Assembly (NCBI RefSeq): GCF_009914755.1
Contig: NC_060936.1
DNA length: 64,000 nucleotides
From: the human T2T-CHM13v2.0 reference genome, Homo sapiens
Reading direction: 5' to 3' (one strand)
Position numbers and translations under genes: made by a program. Shown here piece by piece: positions 25,279 through 39,058 of the stretch (within the stretch, counting starts at the first letter, position 1; each line of letters begins with the position of its first letter). Under the pieces are notes generated by a model. The model did not search any database. It had not been told where the DNA came from and worked only from the letters and a program-made list of their open reading frames with translations.

Positions 25279-26018
25279 TGGACACTATGTGACTTGCTCA
25301 AGATCACATGGAGAGTCAGGGTTAGAGTTCTGCTCTCCCAGATTAGTGGCCTTTTGGTGTGGCAGATCCCAGGGGACACTGCCTCTTTTTCTTGGGGAAG
25401 CAGTTTAGGGGCCTCTGACATCAGCCAGGCCAGAGAGTGATGCGGGAGTCACCCAGATTAGGCTGGAAAGGCACAGAGTCTATCTTGAGTCACGTTGGAA
25501 GAGAAGAATGAGAAATTAAAGTGCTCAGGACCCTCTGCCAGTCCCAGGACCTGGGAAGACCTCAGCTCCCAAAGTCAACTGACAAAATAATAGTGCCTAG
25601 AGAGTGGATACTAAGCATTTTGCAGACAGCGAACTTGTTAGATCTCCATAACAAGCCTACAAGGGACTTAACATTGATTATAAGGCAAACGTGTCCAGAG
25701 ATTTTTAAATGAGCATTTAAAATTCAATGTAATAGGTGTTATTTTCATTTTGCCAGTGAGGAATAGCCTCTTCCCTCTCATTAATTTTATTACTGTTATT
25801 ATCTGTATTACCATGATCATGAGTATTATTTTTATATCCAAACCATGTGTCAGGTCTTAGGGAAACAAAATCTCATAGAAATCCACAAGAAGGAAGGGAG
25901 CTTCACTATAGTGTGGGCTCCATGTGGGTAGAGGCTGTGCTGGATTGGTTCTCATTAGGTGGCCTCATTTCTGACTGTAGTTTCTGAAACATGGCAGGCA
26001 CTCAGCAATCAGGCCTCT

Positions 26019-26531
26019 AGGGAAGGGAAGGGAAGGGAAGGGAAGGGGAGGGCAGGGGAGCGGAGGGGAGGGGAGGGGAAGGGAGAAGAGAGAGGGAAGG
26101 GAAGGGAAAGGAAGGGAAAGGGACGGGTGGGGAGGGGAGGGAGGAGAAATAAGGAGAGGGAGAGGAAGAGAGGGAGAGAGAGAGGGAAGGAAGGAGGAGA
26201 AGGGAAGGGAGGGGAGGGGAGGAGAGTGGGGAGAGGGAGGGAAGGGAAGGGAAAGGAAGGGAAGGGAAGGGAGAAGAAAGAAGGAGAGGCAGAGGAAGGG
26301 AAGGAGGGAGAAAAAGGGAGGGAGGGAAGGGAGGGGAAGACGGGGAGGGGAGGGGAGGGAAAGGAAAGGAAGGCAAGGGAAAGAGGAAGGGGGAGAAAGG
26401 GAGAGAGAGGAAGGGAAAGGAAAGGAGAAGAAAGAAGGACAGGGAGAGGAAGGGAGAGAGGGAGAGGAAGGGAGGGAAGGAGGGGAAGGTAAGGGAAGGG
26501 AGGAGAGGGGAGGAGAAGGGAAGGGAAGGGA
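26019..26531 (+). repeat. ~510 bp polypurine (GGGAA/GGAG) tract
   Basis: Almost exclusively G/A. Confidence 0.95.
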
Positions 26532-26539
26532 CTAATTTG

Positions 26540-26720
26540 TGAGGTCATGGCCTTTGGGATGCCAAGGCCAACTCCAGCATTGTTACTCAAGCTTTCTAAA
26601 TCTGGGTTCCGTGTCTGTAAAAGGAGAATGAGAGCAGCACCTATCTAGCAGGGTTATTGGAACACATGCACAGTGCCTGACTCTGTGCCCAGCACTAAGT
26701 AGGTGCTCAATGAATACCAG
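26540..26720 (+). mobile_element. MIR
   Basis: gtctgtaaaaggagaatgagagcagcacctatctagcagggttattg...taagtaggtgctcaatgaat. Confidence 0.6.
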
Positions 26721-28130
26721 TCCCCTGTTCTCCCCACCACTGGCTAAGACAGCACCAGGGCTGGGGAGCAGGAGGGAGGGATGAGTTCACTGCCTCTGGA
26801 GCGGGGTCCCCTGGGATGCTCCCTTCCAGGGTCACTGCCTGAGAGCCATGTGAGCACAGCCCCAGATGGCGATGGTTGGGAAGGGGGTCACAGGGTGAAG
26901 TTGAAGGAGATTCATGACCTTGACTGTCCTCCACAGCCTGATTTATGGAGCAGTGCCGTCTCCTGGATGATATGGAGACACTGTGAATGAAAGAGCTGTG
27001 GAAAACCTTAATCCCCAAGTGGCAGAAAGAGATACTCTCATGGCCAGTGTGTGTTTGATCACATCCATCAGGTGAGGCATGATTTCCCCACATGGAATCC
27101 AATTGGTTGTCAGGCCTAAGCTGGTGTTTCTGAACTAGGAATGAAATATGTTCCCCACTTAGCCAACAAAATCCTTGGCTGATTTTGCTCCAAAAAAGGG
27201 TCTGGCCTCAGAATATTATAGTCATGTCGCTGAGCCAATGCCAGCATTTAGGGGGTAGGACAGCAGGGAAAAGAGGAAGTGAGGGAAGAAACCCCCTCAG
27301 AAAAAAGAAACACCCAAGCCCCTTGGGCTGGTGAAGGCTTCGAGCAGAGCTGTGATGTGTGCAGTCTCTTAACGACCAGGCTTCTGGGAGGGCAGCGGGG
27401 AAGAACTGGGGGAGAAGTTACTGTTTGTCTTCCTATGTGAGGATGCTGGTTGGATGGTCTAATGGGACCTAGAAGCAAGAGGAAGCAGCTCTCTTGGCAA
27501 GACCGACTCTTCTCTGTAGTTTCCCTGGGTCTGTGCTCCCGGCCGTGCAGGCTGCCAGAACCATTCAACATCCAGGGTGGATAATGGGAATCCCATAAGC
27601 GAGAGGTGGCTGAGATTCAAGGCTCTGTCTGATGGAACCGTGGCCAGAGGAGAAATTCTGACTTCCTAATTCTCAGACCTGCCTCTGCTCACCGGGTGTC
27701 TTGGACTCGCTACTCTGAAGGCATCGACTTCCTGAGAGACAGTTCCCTGTGGTCCTCCCCTTGGTCCTTGGTTCACAGGATAGCAATTTATAGCCTCGAC
27801 GCAGAAAGAAAAGGGTGACACCTTCTCAACCTCTAGATTCAGGATCCTTTTGCTACAGCGACTCTCTGAACTCCAGTGTGTAGTAGTTCTGTCTGTGGTT
27901 GGTTTTCTACGTGCCCCAAGCCTTCTAAATGTGGTGCATGCTGCTGTGGGATGTCCAGTCACATTTTCTGCTTGGTAAACACAAATTTATTCCAAGAGCC
28001 TGTTAAAATGTCACCTCCACTGAGAAGCCTGATACATCTTCCTATTCTGTCCCACAGCACTTTGTGCATCTCTCTCATGAGCCATATTTAGGTAATTTTT
28101 TAGTCGTCCTCATTCTCACTACACCAGGGG

Positions 28131-28521
28131 CGTCATGAGCTGAATAGCATCTCCCCCAGATTCATACGTTGAAACCCTGGCTACCAGCACCACTGAATAA
28201 CTGTATTTGGAAACAGGATCTTTAAAGGGGTAATTAAGTTCAAGCAAAGTCATTAATATGGGCCCTAGTCCAATAGGATTGATGTCAATATAAAATAAAG
28301 AAATTTGGACACAGACACATACAGAGGGAAGATGATGTGTAGACAGGTAGAAGCCGCCACTGCAAACCAAGGAGAGGAGCTTCAGAAAGAACCAACCCCG
28401 CCCACACTTTGATCCCCAACTTCTATTCCAAAGCTTTCAGAAAATATATTTCTGTTGTTTAAGCCCCCACCCTGCCACCATATGCAGTACTTTGTTACAG
28501 CAGCTCTTGCAGACTGATATA
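28131..28521 (+). mobile_element. MLT1B-like solo LTR
   Basis: gagctgaatagcatctccccagattcatacgttgaa...tgtatttggaaacaggatc...tactttgttacagcagctc. Confidence 0.85.
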
Positions 28522-28579
28522 AGATGGACAGCAAATGTTCCCTGCAGTCAAATGCCCTACTAAGTTATATACCTCCTGT

Positions 28580-28775
28580 ACATTTTTTTTTCTGAAAGGA
28601 CTAGATGGTAAATATTCTCAGCTTTGGTGGGTCATAGGGTCTCTGTCACATGTGCTCAACTCTGCCATCGTAACATGGAAGCAGCCATAGGCAATACACT
28701 AACAAGGGGGCATGGCAGTGTTCCAAAATGCATTACTTGCAAAACGGACAGCAGGCCAGTGAATTGGAGCACAGT
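28580..28775. mobile_element. MER58A (hAT-Charlie)
   Basis: ttttctgaaaggactagatggtaaatattctcagctttg...ctcaactctgccatcgtaacatggaagcagccatag. Confidence 0.8.
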
Positions 28776-29015
28776 GACAATAAAGGAAAGGCAAGCACAG
28801 AGAAATACGCCTCTCCTGCTACTGAAGATTATCAGCAGTGAGACATCAGTTTGACCCTCTGTCCATCCTAGTTCCCCAGACAAAGAGGGAGGTGCTCTGG
28901 CTCCTGAGCTGTGGTTTGGCGACCGCCGTATGAGATGAAAGTTCCATGAGGCCAGGGTTTATGACCATTTTTGGCACACAGTAGAAGTTCAATTACTATC
29001 TGTTTTAAAAAGTTA

Positions 29016-29525
<510 letters not shown>

Positions 29526-29608
29526 TCAATTTCTTTGCCGAAAATAGTGATAATAATAGAACCTACCCATTAGGCAGCTGGAATTTAAATGAGAAAATAC
29601 ATGCAAAG

Positions 29609-29837
29609 ATGTTCTCACTTAATAAGTGGGAGCTGAACAATGAGAACACACGGACACAGGAAGGAGAACATCACACACTGGGGCCTGTTGGGGGAGGGGG
29701 TGGGGGAGGAAGAGCATCAGGAAAAATAGCTAATGCATGATAGGCTTAATACTTAGGTGCAGCAAACCACCATGGCACACATTTACCTATGTAACAAACC
29801 TGCACATCCTGCACATGTACCCCTGAACTTAAAATAA
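29609..29837 (+). mobile_element. L1PA (older subfamily) 3' end inserted in a MIR
   Basis: L1 3' UTR with G-rich tract; perfect 15 bp TSD aaaatacatgcaaag (29594, 29838). Confidence 0.93.
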
Positions 29838-30504
29838 AAAATACATGCAAAGTATTTCATGCAACATTTGGTACTTTAGTAAGCATTCATAAATGCTGAT
29901 ATATCTTTAAGCAGTTCCACTTTTTTTGTTTCTCTGATGTTTCCAGAGCCAAACACCCCACCCACTCTGAGGTGCAGACCTCAGTCCTCCAGATGACCCT
30001 GGGAGAGATCAGCCCACGATTTTTCCTCAGAAAGCTGCTGGGACAAAAGGAAAGGGTCAGACCCCAGGACTTTCTGATGAGCAAGAGAAAATGGGACAAC
30101 TCCAAGACGGTTAGAGGGGTAGGCCACATGAAGATGGGCTTAAAAATACTTTTTATACTTTTTGTATTTCTGAAGAAACCTGTTAAAAAGAAGTTGAGTC
30201 TTTGTGAATGCTTTGGGAACCAAGAGAAGGTCCAGCTCAGGGGCATTCCTTCCTCAAATGCAATCAAATACTTACCATTTCTCACTCCTAGATCTGGCCA
30301 CCTCCAGGAAGATGATAAAAATCGTAGGAGGAAAGAAAAACCAAAACCATGTGTTGGGAACGAGAAGTGGAAAAGGTGAATTCCACAAAGAAGCATGAAA
30401 AGGACTGCAGGGAGACCACATGCGTGGCTCAGCACTGCACAACGGTAGCCTGAACTGGGATTTTCCAAAGATTGTAACCACGAGGAGGGTGAAGGTAGTA
30501 ACAA

Positions 30505-30765
30505 CAGTCATAATAATAGCTGATATTTACATAGCACTTCCTATCAGCCAGATAATGTTCTGAGAGCTTTACATTGGTATAAATTTATTTATATGGATGA
30601 ACCCTTAGTAGTTTGTGAAGGGAGATTCTTTTCTTTTTTAATTTTACAAATACAAAAACCAATGCACAAGGCACAAGGAGGCCCAAGGTCACACAGCCAG
30701 TAAGTGGCATGGCAGGGATTTGAACCCAGACTACCTGGCTCTAAAGTCTGTGCTCAATCACCAAA
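30505..30765 (-). mobile_element. MIR
   Basis: gcccaaggtcacacagccagtaagtggcatggcagggatttgaacccagactacctggctct. Confidence 0.8.
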
Positions 30766-31069
30766 GCCAACCAATTGCTTCTCTTCATAAAACAGCCCTG
30801 TCAATGGACATGAAGATTGTTTCCACAGTTGTCCATTTTGTGCGATTAACAGGAATCAACAAACTTTCTATAAAGAGCCAGGTTTACTTTCGGTAAATCT
30901 GGCCTTGTGGGAAAAGAGGGAAAACTGAGGATATTATCCAAAAAGAACCCCAAATTCCCACAATGTTTTTAATAGACAAATTTGGATTAATAATACAAAT
31001 TGGATGCAATTATTTTTATTTTTGTGATACATCTATTTATGAGAAGAATGGAATTCTGGCTTTGGGGAG

Positions 31070-31393
31070 TGTATTAATCCATTTTCATGCTGCTAATAAA
31101 GACATACCTGAGGCTGAGTAATTTATACAGGAAAAAGATTTAATGAACTCACAGTTCCACGTGGCTGGCGAGGCCTCACAATTACGGTGGAAGGCAAGGA
31201 GGAGCAAGTCACATCTTACATGTGTGGCAGCAGGCAACAAGAGAGCTTGTGAAGGTGTGAGACTTATTCACTATTGTGAGGACAGCATGACAAAGACCTG
31301 CCTCCATGACTCAATTACCTCCCACTGGGCTCCTCCCACAAAATGTGGGAATTTAAGATGAGATTTGGGTGGGGACACAGCCAAACCATATCA
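31070..31393 (-). mobile_element. THE1B-like solo LTR (internally shortened)
   Basis: tgtattaatccattttcatgctgctaataaagacatacc...acacagccaaaccatatca. Confidence 0.93.
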
Positions 31394-31702
31394 GCGGGGG
31401 ATTAACATGGTATAAATAGGGTACAAGGTTAGTGTTCCCCACCATCGTGGTAGAAATATGGCCTCATTCTACGGATCCTTTCCTTGTTTCTCTGAAACAC
31501 TGATATTCCCACATAAGCACTCTCTAGAAGGCATGGCCAATGTCTCTTAGTGCAGCTGTACCACCCTCCTCATGTTGGAGAACTTCTCATATGGAGAAGC
31601 TGGTTAGGAGAGAGTGTCTGGGGAAGACTCCCTGGGTTTGAATTCCAGCTAAACTAGTCAGTAGCTATATGATTTTTGATGACTTACTTAACCATCCTAG
31701 AA

Positions 31703-31915
31703 CAGAGATTGTTAACCAGTGATAACTTTGCTCTCCAGGTGACATTTGACTGGAGACAGTTTTGGTTGTTCAAACTTGGGGATGAGAATACCACTGGCAT
31801 CTAGTGGGTAGAGGCCATAGAAGCTTCTCAACATACTACAATGCATAAGAAAGCGCCCCACAACCAAGAATGACCCAGCCCCAAATGTCAGTTAGCGCTG
31901 AATTTGAGACTCCTA
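31703..31915. mobile_element. MER20 inserted in a MIR
   Basis: ctggcatctagtgggtagaggcca...cccagccccaaatgtca; 8 bp TSD tcctagaa/ttccagaa. Confidence 0.88.
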
Positions 31916-32279
31916 TTCCAGAAGCTTCAGTTTTCTCATCTATAAATTCATCTGTAGTGTTTTCTCCATAGTAAAGATTAAATGAGCTGTAATAGATGCA
32001 AAGACATACAACAGACTATGACATATTGCAAAGCACTTGAGATAAATATTATTATTCCTTTGATTTTTATTCCAAGATTTAGAAACATACAATCATCCTG
32101 AGCTTGCAGGCCATACCCAAACAAGATCATGCTGGGGGCTGGATCTGGCAGACCCTGCTCTAGCCTGAGGTTGGAGCAGGAGATCTCAGAGGAAAAAGCA
32201 TTGTGTTACTGTCTCCTTTCCAGCTCATCCTCCCCGACAGCCACCCCCTCTCTCTCCCTCCCCTCTTAGCCAAGCTTGG

Positions 32280-32460
32280 AGACTGGATGCAAAAGCCATT
32301 ATTAAAAAATGAACATGAGTTGTTTTTTCCCCTTTTTGATCAAATAATCCAGTTTGCTGCCTCAGACAAATCATTATTCATGTGGAACCTGCCTGTGCCG
32401 CCCTTGGGGAGGAAGACCAAATTGATTTAACATCTAATCCAGTTTGTACCTCCTGCTAAC
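32280..32460. promoter_or_regulatory. Candidate homeodomain enhancer
   Basis: TAATCCAGTTTG twice (32345, 32435), TGATTTAAC, CATTATT x2; TE-free. Confidence 0.35.
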
Positions 32461-33576
32461 CCCAGTGGTGTGCTAACTTCACCCTTGCAGGATAGGGAGG
32501 AAGGAGGTAGGAGAAAGGAGGGGGCAGAGGGAGACACAAGGAAATTAACCCAAGGCGTAAGTCTAAGCCCAGCTTTCTACAAAAGCAAGACAGAGACAAA
32601 GCCTGTCATTATAGTGCCCAGTCTTTCTGTCTTAGGCTTTCTCATACTCAGAGATATGTTTTCCTCATCCGTCAGCTCATTAAAATAATAACAACACAAT
32701 CGAAATGCCAGCCTCTTACTCTGTGATGAGTGGAATCCCTGACATCAAGAGGCATCATGGTGCCCATTTTCCAAGCTAAGGAAGCTGAAGATTACAGAGA
32801 TCAAAGAGCATGCCATGAGTGCATAGAAAGTTCTAGAACCAGGACTCACCATCAGCCCTGTCTACCCCCAAAGCCCCAAAGCCATAACCACCACATAAAC
32901 AGCTTTCTGGATGTAGGAAGGCTGTTTGGAAGGATTCTATAGCTTTTTTCCATAAGGGTCATCCACACACAATGCTGCAGACACGTTTGGGTTGCCTGTG
33001 TGTGGTGGTTGAAGGGTCAGTTGATCCTGATTATTGCTGGATCTCTGAATTTCCTCCTTTTCCTCACTACTAAGCTTATCTTTCCATGTCTCTGGACTGG
33101 GGAGGCGGAGATGGAGGATATAAAGCAGTTTGCTTCCTCTGGATGGAAAGGTAGTGTCCTATGGCACTGGGCAGAGTCCTGGCCTCCGAGGGAACCTCAG
33201 AGAGGTCAGTAGCACTGACATGTCTCTGGCTGTGTCCCTCTTTAGTAAGTGGCACATTCTGTGACTGTTGTCCTGAGCCAGCAAGCGGGAGACTTGGGAT
33301 TTTACTCCAGGTCTTTCTGGCTCCAAGCTGAGGTGCTCATTCCATTGGGTGGCACCGCACCCCCCACCCCCACACTGACTGTTCTTGTTTCCTCTCCTGT
33401 TCTGCATTAAAATTTGCACTTAAAAATGGCCTGAAATGTCCATACTGAGGCACCGTCTTTCAAGTGCAAACAGAAAGCAGCTTGAGACAAGCTTCAGGGA
33501 AAGAGGTGAAAAGGATAGGAAAGAGAAGGAGATGGAGCAGGCATGGGGCTGCCTATGCCCTAGGTCTCAGTTATAA

Positions 33577-33940
33577 GGGAGAGAGGGAGGAGGAGAGGAA
33601 AAGAGAAGGAAGAGGAGGAGGAGGAAGGGAAAGAGGAAGAAAAGAGGAGAAAGAAGGGAGAGAAGAAGGAGAAGAAGAGAGAAGAGGAAGGAAGAAGATG
33701 AGGAGGAAGAGGAGGAGGAGGAAGGGAAAGAGGAAGAAAAGAGAAAGAAGGGAGAGAAGAAGGAGAAGAAGAGAGAAGAGGAAGGAAGATGAGGAGGAAG
33801 AGGAGGAGGAGGAAGGGAAAGAGGAAGAAAAGAGGAGAAAGAAGGGAGAGAAGAAGGAGAAGAAGAGAGAAGAGGAAGGAAGAAGATGAGGAGGAAGATG
33901 AGAAGGAGAGAAGGGGAAGGGAGGGTGGGGAGAAGAGAGG
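33577..33940 (+). repeat. Polypurine tract containing three ~91-97 bp tandem units
   Basis: ggaagggaaagaggaagaaaag starts at 33623, 33720, 33811. Confidence 0.9.
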
Positions 33941-34739
33941 CTTTCATATGGACTTTGAGAGGAGAGGTAAATCTGGTACTGATAGGACTGCAGGCATCAG
34001 AGTGAGTTGGGCATCAGGCAGCACCCCAGCTTTGTCCAGCACAGCGCAGCTCTGATGATAAAGTCCACAGTGAATGTGGCAGGAATGGGCATCCCCAGGG
34101 GCTGGCAGCTTTGGGAGGACCAAGAAACAGTGCTTGAACAGAATTGGTGTTTTGTGTTGGACTCCAGCAACCTGGCCGTATGAGATGGAGAGAGAACCTC
34201 CCACAAGGCTTTGGAGGCAGCCCCTTAACGGGGGTCATCATAATGGGAAAACAGATTACTCTTCAAGAATGTGTGCGAGGCAACCGCTAGGGATTCCAGA
34301 AATAACTGAGTGAGTCATTACGCATGGGAACCCCAAGCTGCACAGGTGAGAACCCGGAGATGGCAGTATTTGAGAGTCAGTGTTAGTGAAAATAACTTCA
34401 CTGAGCCCTCATCCAGGCACCTTGTGTGTTAATACACTTAATCCTTGGGAAAAGGGAGCATTACCCCCCACTGTTTTATAAAAGGAAAATGGAGGTCTGG
34501 TTTATGTCATCACTTAGTGGCAGAGCAGGGATTTGAACCCATGCCGGTGGCTGCCTGGCGATTTCTCTGACCCTCAGGGTTCTTATGCCTGGCTCTGCCC
34601 TTGGCCTTATGGGACTTAAGGAAATGGAGATCACATTTGTTGCTCAGGATCTACAGCTCTGGAAGGAATCGCACCAAGGCATCAATGGCATCAGCAGGGC
34701 CAGAGGGCCCAAGTCCTCTGCATGAGTGCAAGCCATGGC

Positions 34740-35357
34740 GGTGTGCGCGTGGGTGCATTTCTTTATGGGCTTGTGGGTGCTTTTGTGTGTGTGTTCTTGT
34801 GTGCTTTTGTTTGTTTCTGTGCGCATGTGTCTTTCCATATGCTTTTGTGTTTGTTTCTGTCTGTGTGTTTGTGTGTGCATTTGTGTTTCTGTTTCTATGT
34901 TTGTTTGTATTTTGTGTTTGTGTTTCTGTGTGTTTATACATGTATTTGTGTGTGTTGATATGTGTTATTTGGATGTTTGTTTATCTTTTTGAGTCTTCAT
35001 TTCTGTGTGTGTTTTTGTGTTTTTTGTGTGTGTTTGAATGTGCCTATGCCTGTATTTGTGTTTCTGTGTGTTTTTGTTTCTCTGCATGTGTGTGTTTCTC
35101 TATGGGCATTTCTATATGCTTTTGTGTTTGTTTCTTTGTGTTTCTGTGTATGTTTTTGTATCTCTGTGTATGGGTTTGTGTTTCTTTTTGTGTTTGCTTC
35201 TACCTGTGTATATGCATTTGCGTGTGTGTGTGTTGGCGTGTGTTTGTTTATATGTGTGTTTATATGGGTATTTGTGTCTATCTTTTGTGTTTGCATTTCT
35301 ATATGTGTTTGTGTGTGTCTCTGTGGGTTGTGTGTATACTTGTGTATGTCTTTTGTG
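34740..35357 (+). repeat. ~620 bp TG/T-rich low-complexity tract
   Basis: Repeated tgtgtttctgtg / tttgtgt motifs; source of the 260 aa Cys/Val/Phe ORF. Confidence 0.92.
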
Positions 35358-36404
35358 GAACTGAGGCTGGAAGACAGAGATGATAACTAACACCAGAACA
35401 GACTTCCCATAGAGACGAAACAGCATCACCAAAGGGTAAAGTAAATGAGACAGGCCAGCATCCCATCCTGGCTGGGAGCAACAGCTACATCTCCATTCCT
35501 GGGCTCTGCCCTCTCCAGTGTGGGGTGTGGACAGCCCCCAAGCCTCTTTCTTGTGCCCCTTGCAGCAGCCCCTTCATGCTGACTCATCACCACCAGGGCC
35601 AGCATCCATCTCACTGGGTTGATGCTGGTTCAGCAACTGCCTTTCCTCCTGTGCCCCTTCATCCAGATCTGCCTGTTTCACTGTGTGGGGCTGCATGGCC
35701 AGCCCTAGGGAGAACCCTCACCCACAGTCTACATGGACGGTGTCTCTAGGCCTGTGACGTGTGCAGCCTGCCCAAGCTGCATGCATTTCTCCCTCCAAAC
35801 CTCCTGTCCATTCCCAGATTCCAGGTTTGCATTATTCTATGGGACCTTCAATAATTCAGATGGGAGATCACACTCTAGTGACAGAGAGGGCCAGGAGGAG
35901 GGTGGGATGCACCATATGAAGTGTGTCCCCTGAGCTCTGGGTGATGGAGCCCCCAACAGTTGCCTGAGTCTTGTAGCAGAATTCAATGACCGACTCTGCC
36001 TGGGATGTTACTGGTTGATTTGGGCAGCAGATGGGCTCTCTGACCCCTGACACACCCTGGAGCTCAGCATTCAGGAAGGAGCAGAGAAGAGCTGACAAAA
36101 CTCTCTGAGCTGGGGACATTTTGAAAAGAAAGCACGAACCACCTGAAGCAAGATATTTATTTCTCCATCTGCCTCCACATTCAAGTGACTGGGAAGGTTC
36201 CTGGATTTGTCCAAATGAGAAATGAGGCTGCACCCTTGGCCAGGGATATGGCAGGCCACACAGTCCTTGACATAAGCTAAAGAGAGCAGTTTCTACACAA
36301 AAATACGCAGGCAATTTAGAATGCTTTACTAAAACAACTGGAAGATGATTTTGCAACTCTGCATGTATAGGTGTTTGCAAAAATACGAGCGTGCAAATGG
36401 ATAT

Positions 36405-36610
36405 GTATAAAATAGCCAAGATTTACCACGTACTTACTCTGTGTCAGGCTTTCATTGCAGTGTCTTATTTATTGTTCACATCAACCCTATGGGAGGGGTT
36501 TTACGTGATCAGTGACATTTTAACAGGTGAGAAAAATGAGGCTCAGGGTTTAGATGACTTGCTCAAGGTCACACAGCCAACAAGTGTCAGAGCAAACCTT
36601 TAAAACCCAA
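36405..36610 (-). mobile_element. MIR
   Basis: aacaggtgagaaaaatgaggctcagggtttagatgacttgctcaaggtcacacagcc. Confidence 0.8.
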
Positions 36611-37009
36611 AGTGTCTTTGTATAACACCCCTGCATTTTCTCCTATATTTTACTGACTCCCAGGACTTGCAGGCAAACAGACATGTGTCTGTATGTGCAT
36701 ATATTTGACACACATGATACAATGTGTATATTTGGGTTCGTGTTCCTACACCGCACAGCCTAGCTTCCAAAAATAACTATAGTGAGAGATAACACTTGCT
36801 AGGAAATAAATGAAAAGCTTCAAATGCACCATTTCATTTAATTCTCACATTAATGTTATATGATTGGTATGATTGTTTCCCTCTGATTACAGTGGAGAAA
36901 CCAAGGTTTAGAAAACATAAGCAGCTCCCCCACAGGAATGAATAAGTGAATCAATAAATTTGAGAGATACTTCAATGGCAAATATGATGACCTATTGAAT
37001 AACCTACAT

Positions 37010-37215
37010 CAGGCACTGACTTTTTTTTCTGTAAAAAGCAGATAGATAGTAAATATTTTAGGCTTTGTGGACCAAAAGACAAAATTGAGACTCTCATGTA
37101 GGGACTGATATAACAGTTGAAAATATAACCATTAAGAAATGTCAAAACTACTCTTAGCTCTCTGGCCATCCCCAAAACAGGCAGAAGGCAGAATTTAGAT
37201 TTGACTCACTGCCCA
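37010..37215. mobile_element. MER58B/C-like hAT element
   Basis: ttttctgtaaaaagcagatagatagtaaatattttaggctttgtggacc. Confidence 0.7.
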
Positions 37216-38389
37216 GAGCTTCTGACCTAACGTGGAGGTAGTTAGTTAGAAAAATGTTTGTTGACTTAAAGGCAAGCAACTGGGATTTGGAAAGAGAGAA
37301 GGATTTTGGATAACAGGTGAAGAAAGGAGGGCACGAGCATCCTCTTACATGTTGTAACCGTCTTCCTCCCTCTGACTTGTCCATTCACAACACTCCCCCT
37401 CTATGTGGAACTTCCAATGTTCCAACTGAGGTGAAATGAACAACTAAGGTGGGGCTATGATCAAGGTGGATTTGAGTCCCAGACCTTTGCATGTCTGTGT
37501 GTGGTGGGGGCAACGTGGGGGGTGCTTGGGGAGCCCTACTCCCATCAGGTCTTGAGAGATACATCCCTCCACCCATATTGATGAGCCTGGGTACAAATTC
37601 AACCTACCATCAATCTTCTTTGCCTTTTGATGCTTTATTTTTTTTCCAGGTTTCCTCTGTGACTGTTGATGCTCTGAGATTAAAACAAGGCAGGAGGCAT
37701 CTACAGATAAAGGAAACACAGAAGCCCAGGCTGCACATGCTTTATTTGTTGTCTGATGATACTGCCCATGCTCAGTAGGAGGCCCTTTGGATGCCAGAGG
37801 CCCCTGAGATATGTGGTCTATCAAATCAACACTGTGCTGCTTATCTGAACTTCAATCCTGTGGCAGCACCAGTGACAGAGAGGTGCCAATTGCAGCTTCT
37901 CTGATTTGCCACCTTTGGAGTATCCAGGGTGAGCTAGATACAGGAGGGCATATTTCATTGCTGATTTTGACTGTAAGTGCACTCTCTGGGCAGACAAATC
38001 AATCTGAGAGCTGGCAACCCTCGGGTAGGATGGTCACTCACAGCGGCAGTATTTTTCACCTTTCCCTTTAGAGATCCTGGTGTAACAAAAAACGACTGGG
38101 TAGAGTATCAGAAGACCTGGCTGGCAGGCACCAGCCTGATCCCTTACTTCAGGGTGGCCTGGGGCAGTGACAAGACCTCTCTTCTCCTTATTCTTTTCAT
38201 CTGTAAAATGTGAATCTTTTACAGATAAGAACCTTTGTGCCTTTTAATGGGCACAAGCCCTTCACTGAATTTTGCATAGAGCTGGGATGAAACCCAAAAT
38301 TGTGGTTTAAAGCCCACTAAAGACCATGCAACTGAGGCTGGCAGAGATGTGGAGAAGAATCTGGGTTTTCCAACTCCAACTCCAATACC

Positions 38390-39058
<669 letters not shown>

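Noticed and set aside
25959-26590. 177 aa and 193 aa ORFs, and similar Arg/Glu ORFs at 33464 and 59321
   Set aside because: Polypurine/polypyrimidine tract artefacts
29887-30504. 205 aa minus-strand ORF and overlapping 135 aa plus-strand ORF
   Set aside because: Non-ATG starts, no recognisable domain or splice structure; consistent with chance, though not excluded without a search
34601-35383. Longest ORF (260 aa, Cys/Val/Phe-rich)
   Set aside because: Translation of a TG-rich low-complexity tract that is depleted of stop codons; non-ATG start
37630-37980. Further splice-like pairs (acceptor 37649 with donors 37929/37973; donor 57347)
   Set aside because: Consensus-like sites at this frequency are expected by chance and no coherent gene model emerges
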